Source: a virus. From it: a stretch of 64,000 nucleotides of DNA. The stretch's first letter is position 1, and each line of letters begins with the position of its first letter. The notes below the pieces were generated by a model. The model ran no database searches, was not told where the DNA came from, and worked only from the letters and a program-made list of their open reading frames with translations. The DNA is taken from IMG/VR virus record IMGVR_UViG_3300020048_000012; one strand, given 5' to 3'. Below are positions 29,741 to 38,574 of the stretch, piece by piece. Both the position numbers and the translations under genes were made by a program.

Positions 29741-31591
29741 ATGGCTATTAATCTAAAAGATTTAATCGATGCACAGTTGGAGTTAGAGAAAAAGGCTCCA
29801 GTCGAATCGATGTCGATCGCCGAATTTAGAAAGATGAAAGACGAGGCGCGTGAAACTGCAAAGGCGCAACTCGATGCTCTCACTGACATTGATTCGAATG
29901 TAAAAAAAGATAGCGTAATAAAATTAAGTCGTCAAATAGAAGAGGCTAAAACTGATGCCGTTGCAAAAGAGATTAGTGAAGCGACAGTAGACGCTCTCAC
30001 TAAGATTGATAAAACTCTTAATAAGAAACTATCAACTGGCACTGGCGATTCTAAGGGTCTTGCTACAAACGTCGATAAATTGTTAAAAGAGATCTCTAAA
30101 TCATCTAAGATTAAATTATCCACAGAATCCGCAGCGCGTGTAACTGATAAGTCAATGAATCTTCCTCAGTTTAAAACTATTGGAGAACGAGTAACTGAGA
30201 AGAAAGAAGCTGTAAAGAATTTGTTTAGCGCGCGCGGGATGGCTAACGCTCTTGGAATAGTCAAAAGAGGATCTGGTGGAGTAGTCGACACGATGTTAGC
30301 ACGCCGCGAGGCTAAATGGCAATATATTGAAGATAGAAAAAAGACTGATCCTCATAATATCATGTTCCAAAAGATTAAAGATCCGAAGGAAAAAGCAAAA
30401 GCTGAAGTTGCATTTTATAGTAAGCAGTTCGATAAGCAACAAGTTCTTGCACCAGAAATGCGTAAGAACGAAAAAGAAATAGCGCGACTTAAAGCGGCAG
30501 GATATGATGATGCAGCAATAGATAGAACAGGACTGAGCAAAAGAAAAATCGAATTAGCTCAAGGAATGGCCGCACTCGATCCTCGGGTTCGCGAGAAAAC
30601 GGAAACCGCGAAAAAAGAAACACCTGCGAAAGCAACTACTAAGAAAGTCGTGACCGCTGAAAAGATAATGGATGCCGGAGCATTCTCAGACGAGTCTCAA
30701 GTCGAAGCTCAACGTTTACAAGAATCGACTGTTAACTTATTGACTAAGATTGAAGAAAATACTCGAGTGGGAAAAGAGGCGAGCACCAAACCTGAAAAAG
30801 AAGACGCTAAAGGCAGAGGAATTCTTGACAATATTATGGGATTCTTAGGTGACGGTTTTATGAAAGCTATCAAAGCAATATTTAGTCCGAAGAATTTATT
30901 AAAAGCATTCACAAAAGTGTTTGTTCCGGCGATGATAATTAGTTCTCTTATCAATGGTATCATGGATGGATTTAAAAAATTTACTGAAACAGGGTCTATC
31001 TCTGAAGCTCTCATTGCGGGCCTAGGCGGAATCTTAGACTTTCTTACATTTGGTTTATTTGATGCAGAGAAATTAAAGAGTGTTGTCGATTTCGTTGGTA
31101 AGGCGATTGATGGATTCATTGATCCAATTAAGAACTTCTTCACATCAATGATCGATGGTATCACTGGCATGATTTCCAATTTCACTATACCAAAAATAAG
31201 TCTTGGCACATATCCGGTTGTTGGCGAAGTTGCATTTGGTCCATTTCAACCATTTAAGAAAGACGCAAAACCCGAATCATCTACAGCAGCACCAGCATTA
31301 CCGATGAGTGATATGCAAAAACCAAATGGCAAAAGCAATACTGAATTCGCTGGCGCTGGAGCAACCGGTTCGTGGGATAAACCTAAGCCAACTGAAGCAA
31401 CTGAAGTATATAAAAAATCTGCTAACAATGTTGCGGCATCAGATAAGCCTAACACAGCACCAGTTATTATTAGTGCACCAACTACGAATAACACGAGCAA
31501 TCAGAAACAAAATATTACGATGCCACGATCAATTCGTAATGATGATTCTGGCTTTAATCGATACGTTAGTAAGAACGCAATTTTTGCATAA
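29741..31591 (+). CDS. Baseplate hub/tape-measure-like protein gp29
   Basis: 616 aa; charged helical N-half, hydrophobic repeat stretch, Asn/Thr-rich tail; position after gp26/gp51. Confidence 0.65.
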   Translation: MAINLKDLIDAQLELEKKAPVESMSIAEFRKMKDEARETAKAQLDALTDIDSNVKKDSVIKLSRQIEEAKTDAVAKEISEATVDALTKIDKTLNKKLSTGTGDSKGLATNVDKLLKEISKSSKIKLSTESAARVTDKSMNLPQFKTIGERVTEKKEAVKNLFSARGMANALGIVKRGSGGVVDTMLARREAKWQYIEDRKKTDPHNIMFQKIKDPKEKAKAEVAFYSKQFDKQQVLAPEMRKNEKEIARLKAAGYDDAAIDRTGLSKRKIELAQGMAALDPRVREKTETAKKETPAKATTKKVVTAEKIMDAGAFSDESQVEAQRLQESTVNLLTKIEENTRVGKEASTKPEKEDAKGRGILDNIMGFLGDGFMKAIKAIFSPKNLLKAFTKVFVPAMIISSLINGIMDGFKKFTETGSISEALIAGLGGILDFLTFGLFDAEKLKSVVDFVGKAIDGFIDPIKNFFTSMIDGITGMISNFTIPKISLGTYPVVGEVAFGPFQPFKKDAKPESSTAAPALPMSDMQKPNGKSNTEFAGAGATGSWDKPKPTEATEVYKKSANNVAASDKPNTAPVIISAPTTNNTSNQKQNITMPRSIRNDDSGFNRYVSKNAIFA

Positions 31592-31593
31592 CA

Positions 31594-31616
31594 AAAAGGA
31601 CTCTTAGAGTCCTTTT
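31594..31616. terminator. Bidirectional intrinsic terminator between convergent gp29 and gp32
   Basis: AAAAGGACTC-TTA-GAGTCCTTTT perfect hairpin. Confidence 0.85.
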
Positions 31617-31634
31617 GTGCTATCTAATTAAAGA

Positions 31635-32567
31635 TTAATCTTCAGTCGCAATAGATTTGAAATATGCCATTGCATCATCGTCGGAATCATCATCGTCTAC
31701 AACTTTTGATTGAATCTTAACTGCTGCTTTCTTAACTTCAGTTCGAACTGGTTCATCTTCTTCAGCGATAGACATAGCAGATTGCTGCGATCCACTTCCA
31801 GAATCAAGTACTGATGCAAGTTTGCGAGACAATTCTTCATATGTCTTGAAATTCTTACGATCAAGAAATTCAGTCAACAAATATTGAGAATTTACGACCT
31901 TAAGAACTTCTTCGTCATCTTTAGAAATTGGAGAAGGCTCTAAGAACACAGATTGATCATAGTTTGGATAGCCTTCAACTTTACGCTGACGAAGTTTAAA
32001 GTCTGCGCCTTCCCACAAATCAAACACATTGACTGGCGTTTCATCTTCAAACGTTGGGCGTGCTTTATCCATGATTTTGTCAAAGATCTTCTTGCCGAAT
32101 TTGAACAAACGAACTTGGCCTTCATTCTCTGGATGTTTTGGATCAGCGACGATCAAGACATTTGCAATGTACTGAAGACGACGTTTTTGTTTACGTGCAA
32201 CTTCTTTATCTGCATCAGACCCGGTGTTCCAAAGACGAGAATTCAATTCGCCTACTGGATCATTTTCGCCGAGAGTCGTAAGAGAGTTTTCGATGTACCA
32301 TTTTCCAGTAGGACCTTGGAATCCATGATTGAACATGCGAATCCATGGAAGTTCATCGGTGACTTCTTTGCCGTCGACTGTTTTTACTGTGCGTGGGAGG
32401 AATCGAATTGTAGCGCTGGCGTTACCAGCTTTATCGACTTCAAGTTTCCAGAAACGATCGTCTGAGAAAGACTTAGAATCTGATTTTGGATTAGCGACTT
32501 TTTCAAACTCAGAAGAGATTTTACCAAAGTCTGCATTGCGCATTTTACGAAGTGTATTGATGTCCAT
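31635..32567 (-). CDS. gp32: Single-stranded DNA-binding protein gp32
   Basis: DDRFWK, IRFLP, HGFQGPTGKWYIENSLTTLG..DPV, FKFGKKIFDKI, acidic tail. Confidence 0.95.
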   Translation of the reverse strand: MDINTLRKMRNADFGKISSEFEKVANPKSDSKSFSDDRFWKLEVDKAGNASATIRFLPRTVKTVDGKEVTDELPWIRMFNHGFQGPTGKWYIENSLTTLGENDPVGELNSRLWNTGSDADKEVARKQKRRLQYIANVLIVADPKHPENEGQVRLFKFGKKIFDKIMDKARPTFEDETPVNVFDLWEGADFKLRQRKVEGYPNYDQSVFLEPSPISKDDEEVLKVVNSQYLLTEFLDRKNFKTYEELSRKLASVLDSGSGSQQSAMSIAEEDEPVRTEVKKAAVKIQSKVVDDDDSDDDAMAYFKSIATED

Positions 32568-32594
32568 TTTATGTTTCCTTATATAAACGTAGTA

Positions 32595-32792
32595 TTAACG
32601 AGGTTTTGTATGTACAATTTCAATGCTGTCTTTTAATTCAATGTTGTCATCGAATTCATCGTCACCATATTCATCGTACAATTTATTTATATCACGAATA
32701 TCGTATTCGGATAGGTTTTTGGGCTTAACGGCCCTAATTTTTTTGAGGCCACGATCGTCGTCGTAGTAACGTGAGTGTGTGGTGCGACCCAT
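32595..32792 (-). CDS. Hypothetical protein
   Basis: 65 aa, co-oriented, compact spacing. Confidence 0.55.
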   Translation of the reverse strand: MGRTTHSRYYDDDRGLKKIRAVKPKNLSEYDIRDINKLYDEYGDDEFDDNIELKDSIEIVHTKPR

Positions 32793-32796
32793 GATA

Positions 32797-33387
32797 TTAA
32801 TTTGAAAGAGTTTCTAAAAGATTGTTATAAGCCGGTGTAAGTTTTATTTTATCATATTTAACGAATTTAGTACACTTTCTAATTGTCAAAAAGTGGTCGT
32901 GCCATAACATAATAAGTGGTTCCCATTTTGAAAGATAGTCTGTAAAGTCTTGTAGAATGACCATTGATTCTAAAGTAATATGACCACCGAGATATAGTTT
33001 CAATAGAAGAGGATAGCCATCAGCGATGTCATAGATGTCTTTTTGATTATTGTCTTCAGCAAATTCTTCAATTGTCTTACAGTCTATTTCGAATAGTCGA
33101 GTAATAGATTCTTTTCGAAGTTTCCAAGTCTGATAGTATTGATCAGATTCATTCGAATAGACGACATTCATATGTCCATATGCAACATTCGCAACAAGAA
33201 ATTGGATCAACTCTGCATCAGTTGGAAACTTGCGCGCCAACTTTTCATACAATAACTTATCTCGACGTTTTTCAAATGTTTCACGAGAACAATTGATTCG
33301 TCCTCGTGTTTCGAATACATCATACTTCTCAGTCGTAAAGTGCAACTTAATTGACTGAAAATATTTAAACGCTTTCAATCCATCCAT
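32797..33387 (-). CDS. gp59: Helicase loader gp59
   Basis: AFKYFQSIKLHFTTEKYD, FEKRRDK..YEKLARK, ITLESMVIL; upstream of gp32 as in T4. Confidence 0.88.
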   Translation of the reverse strand: MDGLKAFKYFQSIKLHFTTEKYDVFETRGRINCSRETFEKRRDKLLYEKLARKFPTDAELIQFLVANVAYGHMNVVYSNESDQYYQTWKLRKESITRLFEIDCKTIEEFAEDNNQKDIYDIADGYPLLLKLYLGGHITLESMVILQDFTDYLSKWEPLIMLWHDHFLTIRKCTKFVKYDKIKLTPAYNNLLETLSN

Positions 33388-33603
33388 TTATTTCTCTATA
33401 TAGGTTGTAGTGCCATTCTGAGATACATAGTTCCAAGATTTGCCGCATGTATTACATGTTACGTCACCGGAAGTCATATTCATATCAGGATTTACATTGA
33501 CTCCTGCCTTATTATAGACAGGAGGATAGTATGCAGCAGTTGTCATAGATACACCGTAACTAAACATGCATTCTTTTTCACATTCAGCATTAATATTGAT
33601 CAT
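33388..33603 (-). CDS. Hypothetical Cys-containing protein
   Basis: CEKEC and CNTC motifs; abuts gp59. Confidence 0.55.
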   Translation of the reverse strand: MININAECEKECMFSYGVSMTTAAYYPPVYNKAGVNVNPDMNMTSGDVTCNTCGKSWNYVSQNGTTTYIEK

Positions 33604-33853
33604 CAAACCATCTTTCAGTCTGAATAAATTTCTTTTCTTGTACTGTCAATTCACTAAAGAACTTACGTGGATTTCCACACATATGACAATTGGAATCTCC
33701 GCATGTAGTGCCCGATAATTTGTGCATGCGGTGTTTCTCATCTTCCTTTACTGGAAACCCATGAGACTTCGCAATCTTATATTGTCTTTCCATATAAGCA
33801 TCGTCTTTATGCAAACGCTTACTACGCTTTTCTTTATCTTCTTGAGTACTCAT
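33590..33853 (-). CDS. Hypothetical protein (C..SNCHMCGNPR motif)
   Basis: 87 aa, overlapping neighbours. Confidence 0.6.
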   Translation of the reverse strand: MSTQEDKEKRSKRLHKDDAYMERQYKIAKSHGFPVKEDEKHRMHKLSGTTCGDSNCHMCGNPRKFFSELTVQEKKFIQTERWFDDQY

Positions 33854-34119
33854 TCATTACACCTCACCATAGAACTTTTGATTAGATGATACCATTTGCT
33901 ACGATCAGATGGAAATACGTATGCATCATCCCATAGTTTTGAAAATCTAGTCAGATCTTTAATTTCAAATGTTGCATTAACTTCCATAAAACCATTAAAG
34001 CCTTCTCCATTCATGTCAGGCGGAGTTGCTGTATACGAACTAATTGCGCTTGAGAATTGCTCTGGTTGCAATAACATTGACATTAAATGTGAGTGACACA
34101 TCGTGACTGATAGTTTCAT
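33850..34119 (-). CDS. Hypothetical protein
   Basis: 89 aa with ATGA-type overlaps. Confidence 0.55.
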   Translation of the reverse strand: MKLSVTMCHSHLMSMLLQPEQFSSAISSYTATPPDMNGEGFNGFMEVNATFEIKDLTRFSKLWDDAYVFPSDRSKWYHLIKSSMVRCNE

Positions 34120-34331
34120 ACGTCCAACGTTGCAATTTTCGGAAGAAGATTTGCTTCACGCATGTTAATTTCAATCTTATCACGAAGAGGTTTATTAATC
34201 AGACTTTTGATTTCGTCTGGTTCAATGAAATTATCGGCACAATATTTTAACACTGCGTCCATATGATTCATTCTTTTTTCTACTGCTAATTGTTCGATGT
34301 ATATCGAGAATTGAGCTGCTGTTTTTAACAT
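34116..34331 (-). CDS. gp33: Late transcription co-activator gp33
   Basis: FSIYIEQL..E...NHMDAVLKYC.DN.IEPD.IK.LI.K.LRDKIE....E.NLLP. Confidence 0.88.
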   Translation of the reverse strand: MLKTAAQFSIYIEQLAVEKRMNHMDAVLKYCADNFIEPDEIKSLINKPLRDKIEINMREANLLPKIATLDV

Positions 34332-34333
34332 TA

Positions 34334-34597
34334 CTAGGCCTTACTTAAATAAAATTCGACTACTCGCATGAGTCTATTGACTTTTTCATATTCATCGGAT
34401 TTGCGCTTAAACAAAACTTTTACCGGATCTGCATTATCGCATGTTTGCAATTTTTCTTCAAACATATTTAAATATCGATCAAACCATTTATCTAACTTAC
34501 ACCGTTCTTTAAAAATATCATCTTTGATTTTTGCAATTTTGTCCCACTCATTAAATAATGCTGCAACAATGATATCTCTTTCAATTTCCTGATTCAT
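34334..34597 (-). CDS. Hypothetical protein
   Basis: 87 aa, operonic. Confidence 0.55.
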   Translation of the reverse strand: MNQEIERDIIVAALFNEWDKIAKIKDDIFKERCKLDKWFDRYLNMFEEKLQTCDNADPVKVLFKRKSDEYEKVNRLMRVVEFYLSKA

Positions 34598-34818
34598 AGA
34601 TTTTCTTGAATGAAAAGTTTTGCATGATGAATGCTAGTAAATTTACGATCATTGACTAAGATCTTTCGTGGAGAAAAGATCTTAGCTACGAATGGTGTAG
34701 TTTTTAATATGACAAAATCGACAGACTTTTCTTTAATTGGGACTTCTCCCGATGCAAAATATAACGTGTCCCACATTTCATCTTGTGCGAATTTTCTTAA
34801 GAAAGCCGAATTTGCCAT
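34594..34818 (-). CDS. Hypothetical protein
   Basis: 74 aa with GGAG RBS, downstream of early promoter. Confidence 0.6.
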   Translation of the reverse strand: MANSAFLRKFAQDEMWDTLYFASGEVPIKEKSVDFVILKTTPFVAKIFSPRKILVNDRKFTSIHHAKLFIQENL

Positions 34819-34839
34819 AATATACTCCTACTTAAATAT

Positions 34840-34868
34840 ATTATATCACATACATGAATTAAAGTACA
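34840..34868 (-). promoter_or_regulatory. Early promoter TGTACT-17-TATAAT
   Basis: Member of the repeated TGTAC(A/T)-N17-TATAAT family. Confidence 0.8.
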
Positions 34869-35563
34869 GGATTAAATGCAACCTTTTGCTTAGTTGATTT
34901 AGTAGGCGCTTTCTTTGGGACCGGTTTAGCGCGTGTCACCTTATTAGCGGTTGGTTTAGATTCTACTTCATTCTTTATTTGTGTTGCATCAGATGCATCA
35001 ACGATTGCTTTACGCAATTCTGCGCGCTTAGTAATTCGCTTAACGACTTCTTCGCCATCCATCCAAATATCTTTATTATCGAGCATCGAACTAATTTCTT
35101 CGTTTGTCATAAAGTTTAGATAAATTTCTTTCATTAGATTTTCTGACCATTTGCGCTCATGCAAAAGCTGATCGATCATCTCTCCGCCTTTACCAATAGC
35201 GCCACCAGAATAATTGTGAAACATGAACACAGAATGCGGCGTGACTTCATATTGATCTGCACATAAGAAAATCATAGTTGCTGCGGACATGCATGCGCCT
35301 TCTACTGAAATAATCACATGAGCTTGGGTGTCAGCTAATACTCGCATAAACTGAATCGCAGTGAATAAATCGCCACCATAACTATTGATATACACCTTAA
35401 TACAATCATTTTCATTCGCGTGACGAATTAGGTTGAACCATTCTACATAATCTTCAGCGGGTCCAATTTCACCCGTTAAATAGAATTCATGAACGCTAGC
35501 AATTGGATTTACGTATACGCCGCGAGTAGTTTTTTGTTTAAAATCGAACATTTCTAAATCCAT
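34859..35563 (-). CDS. clpP: ClpP-like serine protease
   Basis: INSYGGD, GACMSAATMIFL (Ser), FMFHNY (His), DIWMDGEE (Asp). Confidence 0.85.
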   Translation of the reverse strand: MDLEMFDFKQKTTRGVYVNPIASVHEFYLTGEIGPAEDYVEWFNLIRHANENDCIKVYINSYGGDLFTAIQFMRVLADTQAHVIISVEGACMSAATMIFLCADQYEVTPHSVFMFHNYSGGAIGKGGEMIDQLLHERKWSENLMKEIYLNFMTNEEISSMLDNKDIWMDGEEVVKRITKRAELRKAIVDASDATQIKNEVESKPTANKVTRAKPVPKKAPTKSTKQKVAFNPVL

Positions 35564-35577
35564 AATAATCCTTATTG

Positions 35578-36099
35578 TTAATCCCGATAGAAAATATGTC
35601 GACCAATTTTTGTAGTTTTTTCCAGTCTACTCCAATTTGGTTGAACATAATCGGCATGATAGAACGTAGCACCAAATGTGTTATCCATTGTTGAATCATA
35701 ATTGAGATATACTAATGTGGCTATATCCTGTATCTGATTATACACAGATGTGTTAATTTTATTCAATCTATTTGTCATACCAACCCACGAAAATTGATAC
35801 GTACGACCAGTTTTTTGATATACAACTCCGCATAAAGAATTTGGGTATTTTCCAGATAGTGCCCTATTCATCGTAACAGCAGCGACAGCGATCCATCCTG
35901 CCATTGGCTCTCCAGCCGCTTCTCGATAAATGTTGATAGTTAAGCAATCAATTTGTTTTTTGACTGATTTTGACAATTCTGCGTATGCTACTTTATAATT
36001 CGATTCTCTCGATAATGTCGGCGCTATAGCAGAATTTGTAGTTGATATGAATGCTAAAATAAGCATTGCGTATATTGTGTATATGCTTCTTATTTGCAT
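35578..36099 (-). CDS. SleB/Hydrolase_2 cell wall hydrolase with N-terminal signal/TM
   Basis: CLTINIYREAAGE, VTMNRA....YPNSLCGVVYQ, QFSW, GATFYHADYV.PNW, IGRHIFY. Confidence 0.9.
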   Translation of the reverse strand: MQIRSIYTIYAMLILAFISTTNSAIAPTLSRESNYKVAYAELSKSVKKQIDCLTINIYREAAGEPMAGWIAVAAVTMNRALSGKYPNSLCGVVYQKTGRTYQFSWVGMTNRLNKINTSVYNQIQDIATLVYLNYDSTMDNTFGATFYHADYVQPNWSRLEKTTKIGRHIFYRD

Positions 36100-36118
36100 A
36101 ATATCCTTTTAATTGAAG

Positions 36119-36185
36119 GCCAACTGATTTGGTTATAAGGACAGTTGGCGAAACCTCAGGCTAAGTCAGCTTACGCTGCAAGAGC
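36119..36185 (-). pseudogene. Displaced 3' remnant of tmRNA coding piece (tag end ALAA* plus hairpin)
   Basis: GCT CTT GCA GCG TAA at 36185-36171, then GCCAACTG/CAGTTGGC hairpin at 36119-36149. Confidence 0.7.
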
Positions 36186-36192
36186 CCAAACG

Positions 36193-36200
36193 TATAAATA
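36193..36200 (+). promoter_or_regulatory. Late promoter TATAAATA of the tmRNA-inserted endonuclease
   Basis: Exact consensus about 40 nt upstream of ATG. Confidence 0.75.
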
Positions 36201-36242
36201 TTTAATATTATCACACTAACATAAATTATTAGGAATGACATT

Positions 36243-36929
36243 ATGAATATCTATATGCCGTATGTATATAAAGTAACTCATACAACAACACAGCAATTCT
36301 ATATAGGAATGAGATCTGCTAATACTGTAGTTGCGGAAAATGATTTAGGCGTGCATTATTTTACTTCATCTAAATTTGTAAAGTCTAATTTTGATTGTTT
36401 TAAAATTAAAATTTTGGCATACTTTGTCGACCAAGAAGCGGCGTTCGAATTTGAAAATAATTTAATACGCGATAACTGGGGAAATTCTTTATTATTAAAT
36501 AAACACTTTCAGACATCTATGAGCACATTCTCTATGACTGGGTTTGCTCGTCCTGATCAATCTATTCGTAATAAACATACAAAAAGTAAACCAAAAGAGT
36601 CTAGAACATATGTATGTCCTAATTGCCAGATTGAACATATAAAGGTAGAGCATTCACATTTGATACGAAAGGACAAATATTGCAGTAAGAGATGCTCAAA
36701 TCAATCAAATGGCAAAAAGTCTATTCAGCACAATAAAGGCAAAAAGCTCAAAAACACTGGAAGAGTCGCGTGGAATAAAGGAATATCAAATCAACATAGC
36801 GCTGAAAATGGAAAAAGAAGTGCTGCGAAGCAATCTCAAACAATCACTGGAAGAAAAAGAAAATATAGAGATGATGGATCTTGGTTCTGGATTAAAGAGT
36901 CAGTTGATCCTGTTACGAAGCTCAACTGA
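36243..36929 (+). mobile_element. GIY-YIG homing endonuclease (Zn finger and AWNKG motifs) inserted antisense in the tmRNA locus
   Basis: PYVYKV...FYIGMRS, FENNLI, CPNC..CSKRC, AWNKG; flanked by two tmRNA tag ends. Confidence 0.85.
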
Positions 36930-37241
36930 CAAAGCTCTACTCTATTGCTACTTATGCAGCTTGAAGAGAATATGCATACTCATCGTTTGCTTTTACTTGA
37001 TTTGCTTGATTAACGGTCATCGCGTACCGTGTCGCCGTCTCTACTATTTAGCCCAATCGATCGCCATGTCAGCCCCATCAGAAGAATTCTTGGCGTATCT
37101 GTCTTTGTTACCGGAATTGCACCGTACAAGCGGGATCTGGGATGCCAAACCTGAGGGATTAACCTTCAGAATTCTTCTGGTGGAGCTGCCGGCTTCGAAG
37201 CCGGTTCTTGGACTCCTTCATATTGAAGGGATTACGACAAT
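36899..37241 (-). ncRNA. ssrA: Circularly permuted (two-piece) tmRNA, tag (A)NDEYAYSLQAA
   Basis: Acceptor piece ~37241-37178 ending CCGGC-TTCGAA-GCCGG-CAGCTCC-ACCA; 101-nt intervening segment closed by GAAGAATTCT/AGAATTCTTC; coding piece starts GGGGCTG at 37076; tag frame 36990-36952; P2 TTGGGCT/AGTCCAA. Confidence 0.92.
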
Positions 37242-37244
37242 ATT

Positions 37245-37454
37245 TTAATTATATCCCAAATCGATATTGTCTGAACAATCTAATTTTGGACATAAAAACC
37301 ACTTAGTTTTACGTAAGTATTCTAACATATCGCTCTTATTCATGGCCATTGCTTTTGATGACATCTCAACAAACACATCGTATCCATGTAATATTTCTTG
37401 CTCTGATTGCCCTTGGCACCATGCCTGATACATTGTTTTTGTGTAGATATACAT
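37245..37454 (-). CDS. Hypothetical protein
   Basis: 69 aa; TATAAATA at 37481-37488 upstream. Confidence 0.55.
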   Translation of the reverse strand: MYIYTKTMYQAWCQGQSEQEILHGYDVFVEMSSKAMAMNKSDMLEYLRKTKWFLCPKLDCSDNIDLGYN

Positions 37455-37494
37455 TCTGACCTCAAATAATACAGGTCTATTATTTATACAAAAA

Positions 37495-38145
37495 TTAATG
37501 TCCTTTTATGCGACGGAATTGTTCTCGTAGTTCAACAAACTTATCGATCCAATTATCGCGCTTTTCTATAAATATGCATGGATTTTCATTGTCAACTCCC
37601 ATGATAATCACAAGTCGTGAAACAGGAATGCCAGTTCTTTCTTCGAATGCAACTGCATACGCAGAGCACTGAATAAAATAACCAGGAATATCTTCTTTTG
37701 TTTTGACACGAGAAGACGTCTTAAAATCGACTACAGATATCTTACCATCGTAATCGCAGATACAGTCGACTGTTCCCGCGACTTGAAGATGATCAGAATA
37801 AAGTTTTGACTCCAATGCATGAATGTTATCCATCATATCAAGATGTGGAATCATTGAGTTAAATACTTGCTGATCGAAAATAGTAGGCGTTGGATTCTTG
37901 TCGTGTAAATAATCCTCGCACAGAGAGTGAATAATAGTTCCACGCCTACTAGCTCTAGCGCCGACTCGATTTGCTTCTTCTTCGCCAACTCGCCGACGCC
38001 ACGCAAACAGCTCATCTCTACCCAATTGCCCTGTGATAGAAGTCACAGATGGATATTTCAGTCCTGTTGGAGTTTGATAAACGCGTCCATTAGGTCCATC
38101 GACGCGTTTAATCGATGGAAATTCATGATGTATAAAATTTTTCAC
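37495..38145 (-). CDS. PD-(D/E)XK exonuclease (Cas4-like phage exonuclease)
   Basis: YPSVTSI, RGTIIHSLCE, AGTVDCIC..DG.ISVVDFKTS, YFIQCSAYA. Confidence 0.85.
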   Translation of the reverse strand: MKNFIHHEFPSIKRVDGPNGRVYQTPTGLKYPSVTSITGQLGRDELFAWRRRVGEEEANRVGARASRRGTIIHSLCEDYLHDKNPTPTIFDQQVFNSMIPHLDMMDNIHALESKLYSDHLQVAGTVDCICDYDGKISVVDFKTSSRVKTKEDIPGYFIQCSAYAVAFEERTGIPVSRLVIIMGVDNENPCIFIEKRDNWIDKFVELREQFRRIKGH

Positions 38146-38573
38146 TAGTCGATAGTCTTTCCTGCTTGTAGATCTTTTAGCGTCAATCCACCGGTATACT
38201 GAAAGTGCGGAAATTCACGAAATGTCTTCCAATCGCCCGCCCATTCTAGGCCAACCGATTTTCCAATATTACCGAGTGCCTCCCAAATGTCGTAATCTGC
38301 GCCCTTTGTTCCCCATACAGGCTTGCCATTTCGTAGTGGTACAACATCAAATGCACATCGATAATTATGCCAAGACTGACCGGCTTTCGCATTAGTTACT
38401 TTATTGCCAGGCTTTGTTCGCCCTTGAGCATATAATGCGTTTTGCGATTCCGCATCGCGATAAGTTGAAGTGACTAGCACATCAATGTCATATTGCGCGC
38501 ATTGAAATAGAAATGACTGAGCCATTACTTTTACTTTTGGATGCAATTCATCCAGTGATCTGCTATTAATCAT
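38145..38573 (-). CDS. M15-family L-Ala-D-Glu peptidase (endolysin)
   Basis: TSTYRD...QNALYAQGRT, SWHNY..AFD, WAGDWKTFREFPHFQ. Confidence 0.9.
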   Translation of the reverse strand: MINSRSLDELHPKVKVMAQSFLFQCAQYDIDVLVTSTYRDAESQNALYAQGRTKPGNKVTNAKAGQSWHNYRCAFDVVPLRNGKPVWGTKGADYDIWEALGNIGKSVGLEWAGDWKTFREFPHFQYTGGLTLKDLQAGKTID

Positions 38574-38574
38574 A

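Noticed and set aside
36709-37248. 179-aa plus-strand ORF
   Set aside because: Overlaps the endonuclease out of frame and runs antisense across the tmRNA; no protein-like features.
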